Shown: piece after piece, positions 16,893-26,429 of the stretch
Numbering within the stretch: position 1 is the stretch's first letter
Layout of the letters: each line of letters starts with the position of its first letter
Source of the DNA: Candidatus Undinarchaeales archaeon
GTDB taxonomy: Archaea; SpSt-1190; JASMDC01
Length of the DNA stretch: 46,106 bases
Direction of reading: 5' to 3'
Assembly: GCA_030753015.1 (NCBI GenBank)
Contig: JASMDC010000027.1
Coordinates: 1 to 46,106 of the forward strand
Notes under the pieces: generated by a model
Seen by the model: the letters and a program-made list of their open reading frames with translations, nothing else
The model's database searches: none
Told to the model about the DNA's origin: nothing
Program-made: the position numbers and the translations under genes

Positions 16893-17723
16893 TTAATCCT
16901 CAATACCCTTCGGGAAGCCCTTCCGTCCCTCGGCTACGGAGGCGCACGGTGGCGGGGCAGGCTGGACGACCATCCGGTCGAAGCCGCGGTCCTCAAGGTC
17001 ACGAGGGAGCTTCTCATTGCGGTAGAAGACCGTGTTCCCTCGGAGCAGGAGCGGGATTGGCATGCTCTTGTGGGTTAGGGTGAAGGCCATGTCCTGACAC
17101 TCACGCTCGCAGGGGAGGATCCCGAGCTCGTCCCGGGCCTCAGGCTTTGTACAGGCACGGGAGAGGCACAGACGGGTCGTGGTGACGTACACCCACGGCG
17201 TGTAAATGCTGCCTTTCAGGGGCGCCTCGTCCTCCGACAGGGAGAAACCGATACCTTGGAGGGGATTGTCGAACTCCGCGCGGGAGATCCCCCGCTCGTT
17301 CAGGAACTGCCGATAGCTCTCCTGGGAGAGCGGCGAATCGCGCAGATATGCCTGCGCCTCCTCGGGAAGGCGCTCGATCACGTTAATGAGGCGGGGGCCG
17401 CGACGCTGGTAGGTGAGAATCCGGCCCATGATGGGGACGTAGTCCTTCAGGGACGCCAGCAATCCCCAGTCATTGAACACTACCTCAGAACCGGAGGGAA
17501 GGACGTCCATGAGCTTTCGCACCTTCGACAGCCCTATGTCCGTGAGGTAGGGAGTGACCAGTGTGAGGGGGACGCTCGCGTCCTTGGCCGCATCCAGTCC
17601 TCGCGTGAGCTCCTCCGGAGTGGGGAGGTTGCGCTCGCAGAACTCGTTTCCGAGGTACACACGTTCATAGCCCTCGGGGACTCCACCGGTAGGGACCGTT
17701 GCGAGGAGCACGGCGCGCTCCAT
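16893..17723 (-). CDS. Peptidase U32 family, UbiV-like small subunit
   Basis: YLGNEFC, LTLVTP, VVFNDWG and TRLC...CEREC motifs; TGATG coupling to the upstream U32 gene. Confidence 0.85.
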   Translation of the reverse strand: MERAVLLATVPTGGVPEGYERVYLGNEFCERNLPTPEELTRGLDAAKDASVPLTLVTPYLTDIGLSKVRKLMDVLPSGSEVVFNDWGLLASLKDYVPIMGRILTYQRRGPRLINVIERLPEEAQAYLRDSPLSQESYRQFLNERGISRAEFDNPLQGIGFSLSEDEAPLKGSIYTPWVYVTTTRLCLSRACTKPEARDELGILPCERECQDMAFTLTHKSMPIPLLLRGNTVFYRNEKLPRDLEDRGFDRMVVQPAPPPCASVAEGRKGFPKGIED

Positions 17724-18859
17724 CAGCGCCCTACCCCCTTGCACCAGTCAACCTCAGGGTAGTAGCAGGAATCAATGTCGCATGACATACCAAAACGCCT
17801 CCTGTAATCTTTCTTGACGCGGGTGAAGAACGTATCCCGGTCAGGTTCATCCTCTATTAAGTATTTAATCAGATCGGCGACGAACCGCGTGTCCGCCACC
17901 TTCCGGGCCGTGGGGAACACACGGCCAACGACCTTGAAGCTGTCCACACCGGCCTGCCATAGGTCGTAGAGGGCACATGCTCCGCAGTTGGCCTGCACCT
18001 TGCGGCCGAGGATCGACCGCACCCTATCGGACGCAGATCCGGCCACGGGGCCTTTGCCAGTCACGGAATAGGTGTACCGACAGGGATTGTAGACATGTGC
18101 GATAGCGCGCTCGACGGGACCTGTCTCGATTGTCTTTCGGGGGAGCCGGGCACCAAGGGCGAGGGCGTGGGGATGGTACAGCACACGGATGAGCATCCGG
18201 CCAAGGATGGGATGGATCGGGTGGAGGACGTCCTCGTGGCCGTGCTGGAAGGTGCAGTAACCCTCGACATTGCGGCAGCGGCCGTTGAGCACGAACGCTT
18301 CCATCTCGATATCAGGTACCTTCTGGCGGATGTTGGTGATCTCATCAGTGGTGAGCTGTCGTTCGAGGATGATGCGCGAGAGACCAAGCTCCTTGAGGAA
18401 GACCACGCTCTCGCTGTTGAATGTTGACAGACCGGTGCTCGCGCAGATCCGAGCGTCCGGATATGCCTCCCGTGCCGCGAGTATGAGCCCGAGATCGGAG
18501 ATGATCACCGAGTCGAGGTCACATGCCAGGGCATCACCGAGCCAGTCGAGGACACGCTCGTGCTCACCGGCCACGTACACATGGGCGTTGAGGGCGAGGT
18601 ACACCTTCACGTCCCGGTCATGGGCATCCCGGATCACCTTGCGGAGCTCGTCGAGCCCGTTGAGGGAGGCGAAATCCATGTACCGGCGGTTGAAAGCTAT
18701 GACGGTGGAGAAGTCACGCTTCCACGTACGAGGGAGCACACCACAGTATAGCTCGGTCGCACCTGCGTCGACCAGAGGCCCCACCTCTGAGGGATCGCTC
18801 AGGGGTGCAGCGAGGGCGGGCCCTTGTAGGCGTGTATCCCTTCCGTGCCCCGGCGGCAT
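17723..18859 (-). CDS. Peptidase U32 family, UbiU-like large subunit
   Basis: GATELYCG, IISDLG, RIILERQL, CRNVEGYC (Cx6C), CGACAL and FKVVGR motifs. The ATG at 18859 fits the TATA at 18881-18890. Confidence 0.88.
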   Translation of the reverse strand: MPPGHGRDTRLQGPALAAPLSDPSEVGPLVDAGATELYCGVLPRTWKRDFSTVIAFNRRYMDFASLNGLDELRKVIRDAHDRDVKVYLALNAHVYVAGEHERVLDWLGDALACDLDSVIISDLGLILAAREAYPDARICASTGLSTFNSESVVFLKELGLSRIILERQLTTDEITNIRQKVPDIEMEAFVLNGRCRNVEGYCTFQHGHEDVLHPIHPILGRMLIRVLYHPHALALGARLPRKTIETGPVERAIAHVYNPCRYTYSVTGKGPVAGSASDRVRSILGRKVQANCGACALYDLWQAGVDSFKVVGRVFPTARKVADTRFVADLIKYLIEDEPDRDTFFTRVKKDYRRRFGMSCDIDSCYYPEVDWCKGVGR

Positions 18860-18912
18860 GCGCTGCCATCGTAGTAGCAATTATTTAAATCAAGCTCATG
18901 GTTGATGAAAGG

Positions 18913-19776
18913 ATGTCCTCGTCCTGGGGGATGCTCTACTGCCCCCGTGACCACTCACACCTCGAGGAGGTGAACGAAGGGTTACGGTGCCCATCCTGCT
19001 CGTGCACCTATCCAGTGGTGGACGGCGTGCCCGACCTCCTTGTGGACGATCCCGGTAATGAACTGGACGACTACTTCCGCCGTTGGCGTACCAAGAGCAT
19101 CGAGGACGCCAACACCGACGACTTCGCCCGAGCGCAGCAAGGCACTTTCCTGGAGCGTACATTCCACAATCGGCGCCTGGCCAGCTACCGTCGACTGCTG
19201 GCAAGGGCAATCCATGGGCGCGAACTGGGGCTCGTGGTTGACCTGGGGTTCGGCACAGGCTACACGATCGACATCCATCCTCCGTGCGAGCGGCTCATTG
19301 GCTTGGAGATCAGCCTGGACAACATCGCCACCTGCCGCAAGAACATGGGAGACAGGTGCCCTTCGTTGGTTCGCAGTGACGTGTACTCCCTGCCCTTCGA
19401 CGACGGTTCCGTTGACATGCTCACCATGTTCTACGTGTTCCATCGCCTCCAGCAGGACATGCTGATGCGCGAGGTGAAGCGGGTTTTACGCCCCGGTGGC
19501 GTCTTCGTGTTCAGCGCACCCTGGCAATACGCCTATCTCTGGCACCAGGGCGTCCGGCGCATGTTCCATCGTCTAGGCATCTTCTCCGACTCACCGGAGA
19601 TGCGTATCTCGTTCGATGTCCCCATCATGCGGTTCAGCACGTCGGACGTGCGCTTCCTGGCCTACGAGGTGCCGGGCATACGGTGCAAGGAGGCCTACGT
19701 GGTCCCCTCGCTCATGGAGATCCATGTAGTGTTCGTCAAGGAGGACAAGCCCGGGACGAGCGCGTGCCCTGGTTGA
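18913..19776 (+). CDS. Trm112-like Zn-ribbon fused to class I SAM methyltransferase
   Basis: CPRD...CPSC..YPVVDGVP N-terminus; VDLGFGTG, LPFDDGSVD and RVLRPGG motifs. Start could be 18898. Confidence 0.85.
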   Translation: MSSSWGMLYCPRDHSHLEEVNEGLRCPSCSCTYPVVDGVPDLLVDDPGNELDDYFRRWRTKSIEDANTDDFARAQQGTFLERTFHNRRLASYRRLLARAIHGRELGLVVDLGFGTGYTIDIHPPCERLIGLEISLDNIATCRKNMGDRCPSLVRSDVYSLPFDDGSVDMLTMFYVFHRLQQDMLMREVKRVLRPGGVFVFSAPWQYAYLWHQGVRRMFHRLGIFSDSPEMRISFDVPIMRFSTSDVRFLAYEVPGIRCKEAYVVPSLMEIHVVFVKEDKPGTSACPG

Positions 19777-19923
19777 AGTCCATCATCCCCTGGTAGGTCC
19801 CACCGAGTAGTGGGCTAGTTCGGCGGAGGCGACACCATGGGGCGATGAGAGTGTTGAACCTTTTCAGAGGTTCTGCGCGACGGCCCGCGAAGCCTTATAA
19901 CGCTTTACGACCGAGTATCCGCC

Positions 19924-21588
19924 GTGTGCGGTATCGCCGGGATCGCCGGGTTCCAGGACGACGGTCTCCTCGACAAGATGGTGGCATCGCTCACGCACCG
20001 CGGTTCCGATGATGTAGGCACGTTCCACGCAAGGGACGTCTCACTGGGGGCACGCCGACTGGCGGTCATCGATCCGGCCGGGGGGCACCAGCCCATGGTG
20101 GGCGAGGACGGCGACACCGCTGTAGTGCTCAACGGCGAGATCTACAACCACATGCAGCTTCGTGCATGGCTGGAGGAACGGGGCCACCAGTTCACCTCGG
20201 TTTGTGACACCGAGGTGGTCCTCCACGGCATCGAGGAGGAGGGAGTGGCCTTCCTCTCGCGCATGGAGGGGATGTTCGCCCTGGCCATGTGGGACGGACC
20301 GCGACTGTTGCTTGCCCGTGATCGCCTGGGGATCAAGCCCTTACTGTACGCCCAGCGCGGCGGCGATCTTCTCTTCGCATCTGAGGCCAAAGCACTGTTC
20401 AGGGATCCCGAGCTCCCCCGGGATGTCGACCGCGATGCGCTGGGACAGCGGTTCGTGCTCGGTTACCCCCTCGAGGGGCGCACGATGTTCGCTGGCGTCC
20501 GCTCGCTCGTTCCGGGCACGGTGCTGGTGTGGGACGCCCGCTCCGGATCCGTCGTGGAGGAGACACCGTTCTGGGAACTGCCCAAAAGGACCATTGAGCT
20601 CACCGATCCTGCCAACGCAGCAAGTGAGCTGACAACGGTTTTGGAGGATGCCGTACGCTCACAGCTCGTGGCGGACGTGCCCTTGGGTGCCTTCCTCTCC
20701 GGTGGTGTTGACTCCGCCCTCATCGCGGTACTGGCGAACGAGCAGATGGACGCGCCGCTGCGCACCTTCACACTGGGTGAGAGCCACAACGATCCAGATG
20801 TCATCGCTGCGCGGGCCGTGGCCGAGACAGTCGGCACCGACCACACCGAGCTGGTCGTCGCTCCCGAGGACGTCGCTGCCCTAGTTCCGCGGTTCGTGCT
20901 CCACATGGAGCAGCCCAACTACGAGTCCGTGTTCTTCCTGGCGCTCGCCGAGGTCGTGCGCCGCCGCATGACCGTTGCACTTTGCGGCCAAGGCGCCGAT
21001 GAGCTCTTCGGCGGCTACCCTCGTTACTCCTCGCCCCGACGCTACGGTGCCGATGTGCGATGCACTCTCCGCCGGATAGTCTCCAAAGCGTCATGGGTGA
21101 ACGCCCTACATACCAAGATGTCGCTCATGCGCACCTCCGGCGACCTGATGGACCACGAACTGGGGCCCCAGCTCACCGCGTTCCAGCTCAGTGTCGTGGA
21201 CCGAGCTTCCATGGCAGCAGGGCTCGAGGTCCGCGTCCCCTACCTCGCGACACCCGTCGTGGAACTCTCGCGACGGATGGACACGCGTCTCCTGTTCGAG
21301 AGTGGCGCGGCGAAAGCGGTGCTGCGGCGTGTGGCTCGGAAAAAGCTCCCTGCAGAGATCGCTGACCGGCCGAAGCGCGGCGCAGGGCCGTTCACCACGC
21401 CCCGAGGTGCCCTCATCTTCGAGCAGGAGGCGTGCGAGCTCATGGACGACAGACGCGTTGCCCGTCACCCCTACAGCGGATTCTTTCGCAGGCGGAGCGA
21501 GCTGGTGTGCATGGACATCCTCGTCCACTCGTTGGTTGAAGGCGACGGCCGGTTGCCCGAAAAGTTCACACCAGGCGACCTGTACTGA
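19924..21588 (+). CDS. asnB: Asparagine synthase (glutamine-hydrolysing) family amidotransferase
   Basis: MCGIAG Ntn start; NGEIYN, RDRLGIKPL, LSGGVDS, GQGADELFGGY and EVRVPYL motifs. Confidence 0.92.
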   Translation: MCGIAGIAGFQDDGLLDKMVASLTHRGSDDVGTFHARDVSLGARRLAVIDPAGGHQPMVGEDGDTAVVLNGEIYNHMQLRAWLEERGHQFTSVCDTEVVLHGIEEEGVAFLSRMEGMFALAMWDGPRLLLARDRLGIKPLLYAQRGGDLLFASEAKALFRDPELPRDVDRDALGQRFVLGYPLEGRTMFAGVRSLVPGTVLVWDARSGSVVEETPFWELPKRTIELTDPANAASELTTVLEDAVRSQLVADVPLGAFLSGGVDSALIAVLANEQMDAPLRTFTLGESHNDPDVIAARAVAETVGTDHTELVVAPEDVAALVPRFVLHMEQPNYESVFFLALAEVVRRRMTVALCGQGADELFGGYPRYSSPRRYGADVRCTLRRIVSKASWVNALHTKMSLMRTSGDLMDHELGPQLTAFQLSVVDRASMAAGLEVRVPYLATPVVELSRRMDTRLLFESGAAKAVLRRVARKKLPAEIADRPKRGAGPFTTPRGALIFEQEACELMDDRRVARHPYSGFFRRRSELVCMDILVHSLVEGDGRLPEKFTPGDLY

Positions 21589-21629
21589 TCAGTCTGGAGG
21601 GTGGGTGTCCCGGGGACGTCGAGGTCCCG

Positions 21630-22106
21630 TTACATCAGATAGCCGCTGTTCGCAGCGAGGAATGGTGCTTCGTACTGGAGGAAGTAGTCATGGACCTCGT
21701 TGCCCATGCCCATGACGTGGTAGCCTTCGTGCATGAGCACCTCTGCGATGGCCGATGCACCATACCCGAGCATGACGGGTGACACAACGACCTCACCGGG
21801 TGTTGCTGTCGTTGTCTGACCTCCAACGTAGGTATGGGCGAGACCACCGGAGGCACCGAGGCTGGGATTGTACGTGGGCAGCCCTTTCTGGCAGGCGATG
21901 TCCCTGTACATCTCGCAGGCCTTCTCCCAGGTCCTGAGCGGCTCGAGCGACCTGTCATGGAAGAATGCCGCCGTGACATCTTCGTACGCGGTCGAGGCGC
22001 TGTAACGATCGTTGAGATCGAAGGATTCGCCGTCGGTGTAGGAAAGGACCTTCTCAAGGTCGTCCCCGTCCCGATAGCTGGATCTCTCGAAATCTTCGTT
22101 ATGCAT
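21630..22106 (-). CDS. Small HExxH zinc-metalloprotease-like protein
   Basis: VLMHEGYH...NE motif. ATG at 22106 lies downstream of BRE-TATA gaaaggttttatag (about 22135-22150). Confidence 0.6.
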   Translation of the reverse strand: MHNEDFERSSYRDGDDLEKVLSYTDGESFDLNDRYSASTAYEDVTAAFFHDRSLEPLRTWEKACEMYRDIACQKGLPTYNPSLGASGGLAHTYVGGQTTTATPGEVVVSPVMLGYGASAIAEVLMHEGYHVMGMGNEVHDYFLQYEAPFLAANSGYLM

Positions 22107-22260
22107 GCTCGTGCCGGATTTTGTGCCCTTCCCCCTATAAAAACCTTTCCCCGGGAACCGCCGTGCGAACAATATACTGATGTATAACAAGTTGCAGGCA
22201 GGAACGCTCGCGCCGAGGGCTTCAGAAGTTCTAAAAAGCTATCCCTCGTAGTACTGCCCG

Positions 22261-23358
22261 ATGGAGATCCTTGCCCCCATCAACAGGGTAGATGAGGTCG
22301 ACCAGCTTATCCATGCTGGGACCGCGGAGGTCTACTGCTCGGTGCTCTCACACCAATGGCGGGATCGCTATACTAATGTTGGGAGCATCAGTCGGGAGGA
22401 GTTCACCCTCTCGTCCCTTCGCTCCTATAAGGAGCTGGAGCAGGTCACGTCCATCGCCCACGACCTCGGAGCCCGTGTTTCCGTGGCGTTCAACCAGGAC
22501 TTCTACTCTTCCAAGCAGTTGCCCTTCGTTCTCAAGGAGGTCGACCAGGCCGTCGAGGCCGGGATCGATAGCCTCATCATAGCCGACGTAGCGCTCATGG
22601 CAACGCTTCGTGACCGGGGCGTTGACTGCGATGTGCATGCCAGTTCCATCGGGGCCGTGTTCAACGCTCGCGCGGCCAGGTTCTTCCAGCGCCTAGGCGT
22701 TTCCCGGCTCATCCTCCCGCACCATCTCACCCTGGACGAGGTGCGAACGCTCGCCGAACGGGTGCCCGACATCCCCCTCGAGGCCTTTGTGCTCAACGCC
22801 AGATGCCCCAACGTGGAGGGTTTCTGCGGCTACCTCCATGGACTACTTGAGATCGCATACCCGCGACGTGCAGGAGCCCTCTTCGGCCTCCTCGGGAGCA
22901 GGCGTGGGGCTACCCGGAGCACGATCGTCGGTACGCTCCTTCGGCTTCCCCGCTGGGCACAGCGTTTTGGTCCACTGGCCCATCACGCATCACTCCACCT
23001 CTGTCCCAACGGCGCCGCTGTGAGCGTGTCCTGCCGTGAAGGAGATTCTGCCCTCACTCCCGCTGTCGAGGAGCGTTTTGGGATGAACTGGTGCCCCAAT
23101 GTGGGTGGCATCGGGTGCGGCGTATGCTCCCTGGGGATGCTGCGCGAGGCGGGGATCAGCGTGGTGAAGGTGCAGGGCCGCAACTACCCGACCGCCAAGA
23201 AGCTGGCGGACGTCCGGTTCCTGCGCTCGGCGCTCGATGCTCTAGAGGATATGGGGGACGGGGACGCTTTCCACGAGCGTTGTCGCGCCCTGTACTCCGA
23301 AATCTACGACCGATCGTGCACACCCGCCGAGTGCTACTGGCCCGAGGAGGTGCGGTGA
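22261..23358 (+). CDS. Peptidase U32 family, UbiU-like large subunit (second copy)
   Basis: MEILAP, IIADVA, CPNVEGFC, CGVCSL and VKVQGR motifs; C-terminal C....CYWPE. Confidence 0.88.
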   Translation: MEILAPINRVDEVDQLIHAGTAEVYCSVLSHQWRDRYTNVGSISREEFTLSSLRSYKELEQVTSIAHDLGARVSVAFNQDFYSSKQLPFVLKEVDQAVEAGIDSLIIADVALMATLRDRGVDCDVHASSIGAVFNARAARFFQRLGVSRLILPHHLTLDEVRTLAERVPDIPLEAFVLNARCPNVEGFCGYLHGLLEIAYPRRAGALFGLLGSRRGATRSTIVGTLLRLPRWAQRFGPLAHHASLHLCPNGAAVSVSCREGDSALTPAVEERFGMNWCPNVGGIGCGVCSLGMLREAGISVVKVQGRNYPTAKKLADVRFLRSALDALEDMGDGDAFHERCRALYSEIYDRSCTPAECYWPEEVR

Positions 23359-24158
23359 TGGAACGGGGAGTACTCATCCCCCGCGTGCCGCTCCTCGACA
23401 CGCTCGACTGGACCGGGTACGACCGGCTCTACCTGGGTAACGGTTACTGCCAGCGGCTCATTCCCACACCTGACCAGTTGCGGTCCGCGCTGGACCGTGC
23501 GGACGACGCCCACCTCCCGCTCACCCTCGTCACACCGCCCGTGACCGATGAGGGGCTCGATGATCTGGCGCCTGTCCTCGATCTCCTCCCCAAGGGCGTC
23601 GAGGTCGTGGCCAACGACTGGGGCGTCATCGACCTGATCGCCGAGGAGGGACGGCTCGAGCCTGTTGTCGGCGGTCTGCTACATAAGCAGAAGCGCGGGC
23701 CGCGTCTCATGATGGCGAAGGATCTCCTCACTCACGAGGCGTGGGAGCGCTTTCGCACATCGAACATGGACGTTGCCGCAATGCGCGGCCTCCTGGCCTC
23801 GTACGGTGTCCGGCGGATCGAGGTCGAGAATCCCTTCCAGGGCGTCTCGCTCGACCTCTCCGGAGGCGATACGCCTCTCCTCGGCTCGCTCCATCATCCC
23901 TATGTCTGTGTCACAATGTCCCGGTACTGCATCATAGCACTGGCCTCGACCAGGCAGGGCCGCCCGGAATGGGGCGTTTATCCCTGCTCCCGCGCATGCA
24001 TCAACTCCAGCTTCCAGCTCGACCATCCTACAATGGGTGTGCCCCTCTACCTCCAGGGATGTGCGGTGTTCGCAAAGAACGACGTCCTCCCCAGTGAGAA
24101 GGAGCTCAAGGGCATGGGCATCGACCGGACCGTGGAATCGCCGGTACCACCCGCGTGA
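23358..24158 (+). CDS. Peptidase U32 family, UbiV-like small subunit (second copy)
   Basis: MERGVL start in a TGATG overlap; YLGNGYC, VVANDWG and SRYC...CSRAC motifs. Confidence 0.85.
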   Translation: MERGVLIPRVPLLDTLDWTGYDRLYLGNGYCQRLIPTPDQLRSALDRADDAHLPLTLVTPPVTDEGLDDLAPVLDLLPKGVEVVANDWGVIDLIAEEGRLEPVVGGLLHKQKRGPRLMMAKDLLTHEAWERFRTSNMDVAAMRGLLASYGVRRIEVENPFQGVSLDLSGGDTPLLGSLHHPYVCVTMSRYCIIALASTRQGRPEWGVYPCSRACINSSFQLDHPTMGVPLYLQGCAVFAKNDVLPSEKELKGMGIDRTVESPVPPA

Positions 24159-24164
24159 GCCCGC

Positions 24165-26327
24165 TCAAGTAGCCCGGGAGAGCGCCAGTCGTCGGTCACC
24201 ATCGTTCGTGCGTAGGACGAGCGTTCGTGCGTCCTCTCCCGGGAGGACACGGAGAGCGCCCGTCGAAGTCGCCAGGAGCGAGGCGCCGCAGTGAACACGG
24301 CAGCTGGCCCCCGGTGCAGCGCGCACCTCGATCACGAGCTCGCCGTCGGACTCCGATACGCTCAGATGGAGCAGCGTGCACGCTCCCGGCGCACTCGTTC
24401 CGAACCTGATGATGGGCGAGCCCGCGACAGGACCGGGGAGGATAAGGGGCGTCCCCGTCCATCTCGTTGTGAGGAGCGAGAACCGCCAGGGACCTTCGTC
24501 ACCACTGCGCAGGTCGAGGATTATATCGCTGGCGTCCACGTTGAACCGCGGCCGGTAGCAGTCGAGGTCCTCGATCCTGCGGGAAGGACCGGCCGCTCCC
24601 AGTTCTGCCAGGACGGCTGCAGGATCGTACTCCAGGTCGGCCGGCTGGAGGGGGAGTAGATGAGGGGATGTCAGAGCTAGCTTGTGATGCGTGAGCGTAT
24701 GGGGGTCCGGCGGAGTGATGATGCGGTTGAGCTTGCTCCACCGGGGATCGGGCGGGACGTCATAGTTCTGGACCACGGCAGCGAAGGTAGCGATGGCAAC
24801 TAGTCCAACGACGACCAGCTCGGGCCACCGGCCGGCCCGACGCAGACCACCCAGCATGAGCGCGGTCAGTGCCGGCATGACCATCAGCAACAACCCCATC
24901 CGCGGCTCGTTCCAGTTCTCCTGGACGCTGAGAAATATCCAGAGCGGGAGCACCCAGAGGATGAGCACTTTCAATGCCCTGCGGTCCGAGCCGACCAGCT
25001 CCTTTATGCCCGGGAGGACCATGGCAATCAGTGGCCAGCCCAGGGTCGCGGCCACCACCAGCGGGAGGAGGACGAACACCGGGAATGGGTAGAGCGGGGT
25101 TCTGACAACGCTGTCGTGGAGGGGCCAGTTCATAAGCACTGGGAGCTTGAAGCCCACCCCGAGTATGCTGTAGTCGAAAGGCTCGATATAGGTATGCTTC
25201 GTAACGGCCTCGGTCGTGAAAAGTGCGCCGTAGGCGTATTGGTGCCAGTACAGCCAAGGGAGGGCCGAGAGCAGCGTCCCGATGGCGAGGGCGATGACCG
25301 CAGCACGCCACCGCCGTTGGCCCGTGATGGCGTAGAGGACAGCAGGGACGAGGAGCACGGACACGTCCCGCACGCCCAGCAGCATCCCGAGGAGGAGACC
25401 GGCTACGAGGGTGGGTCGCACTCCCCTCTCGAATAGCACGAGGTGGAGCGCCGCAGCCGACAGCACGAAGGCGAAGAGCGGATCGGTGAGCAGGTACACG
25501 AAGGAGATGTTCAGGAGTCCGAGACCGAGCACGGGGAACGCGAGAAGGGGTGTGAGGGTGCCGCCGAAGAGACGACGGGTGATTATGTACCCCCAGGAGC
25601 AGATGAGGGCGCCGAAAAGGGAGAAGGCGTACCGAACTCCGAAGATGCCCAAGAAGGACACGAACAGGCTGAAGATGGCAGTGTTACCGAGCCGCTGGTC
25701 CTTGGTGGCCACACGACCATAGGCAATGAAGTTGTCAGGGAGCGTCCGTGGTGGGACCGTCAGGTAATATGTGTTCTCCACTCCAGGAGAGCGGTCCGCC
25801 GTCGGCAACGGCTCCGGAGTGCGGGGGTAGTAGTACACGGAACCAGGGTGCTCGATAACGGATGACGCGAGCCAAGTAATGCGTCCGAGCCCCATGGCAT
25901 GGTACATCGCCTCTTGGGTACAGGTCTGCCAGTAGCTCTCTGCCAGTGGGGTGGGGATGTCACGGACGACGGTCAGGTAGAGGAGGAATATACCGGCGGC
26001 GAGGGCAAGGGCCACCAGCCCCAGGTGGCCGGGAGGTGGTACGTGACCCAGGCCATGGTGTGCCGGGCCGTGCCGGTCGACGTGGAGCGCGTGCGGGAGG
26101 ATGAAGAGTACGAGTGCTGCTGCGAGGAACGGGACCGGGCCTACGAGGACACCCCACATAAGAGCGATGGCCATGGCGAGAGCGGGGACCACTGTGGCCG
26201 ATATCGTGAAGGCGAGGACGACCTCCTCGGCGTCCCGGCCGGGACCGAGGACCCAGCGTGCCAGCGGACGGCCTGTGAACCACAAGGCCAGGGTGAACGC
26301 CACCACGGCCGCCATATCGAGCAGCAT
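24165..26327 (-). CDS. GT-C-like membrane glycosyltransferase, group-2 paralog
   Basis: Multi-TM; motifs shared with 8370-11105. Confidence 0.7.
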   Translation of the reverse strand: MLLDMAAVVAFTLALWFTGRPLARWVLGPGRDAEEVVLAFTISATVVPALAMAIALMWGVLVGPVPFLAAALVLFILPHALHVDRHGPAHHGLGHVPPPGHLGLVALALAAGIFLLYLTVVRDIPTPLAESYWQTCTQEAMYHAMGLGRITWLASSVIEHPGSVYYYPRTPEPLPTADRSPGVENTYYLTVPPRTLPDNFIAYGRVATKDQRLGNTAIFSLFVSFLGIFGVRYAFSLFGALICSWGYIITRRLFGGTLTPLLAFPVLGLGLLNISFVYLLTDPLFAFVLSAAALHLVLFERGVRPTLVAGLLLGMLLGVRDVSVLLVPAVLYAITGQRRWRAAVIALAIGTLLSALPWLYWHQYAYGALFTTEAVTKHTYIEPFDYSILGVGFKLPVLMNWPLHDSVVRTPLYPFPVFVLLPLVVAATLGWPLIAMVLPGIKELVGSDRRALKVLILWVLPLWIFLSVQENWNEPRMGLLLMVMPALTALMLGGLRRAGRWPELVVVGLVAIATFAAVVQNYDVPPDPRWSKLNRIITPPDPHTLTHHKLALTSPHLLPLQPADLEYDPAAVLAELGAAGPSRRIEDLDCYRPRFNVDASDIILDLRSGDEGPWRFSLLTTRWTGTPLILPGPVAGSPIIRFGTSAPGACTLLHLSVSESDGELVIEVRAAPGASCRVHCGASLLATSTGALRVLPGEDARTLVLRTNDGDRRLALSRAT

Positions 26328-26429
26328 ACGGCCCCGGTCTCGCGGTGCAACAATAAAACCTTATGCCACTGGGCCCTATGGCGGGGACCGAGGCAAACGT
26401 TTTTCAAGTGATGTGACAGACCAGCTCCC

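Noticed and set aside
19924-21588. Lasso peptide cyclase
   Set aside because: Intact Cys-initiated glutaminase domain, and no B2 protease or lasso precursor nearby.
23091-23357. N-terminal extension of the second small U32 ORF
   Set aside because: Overlaps the large U32 gene; the paralog and TGATG coupling support 23358.
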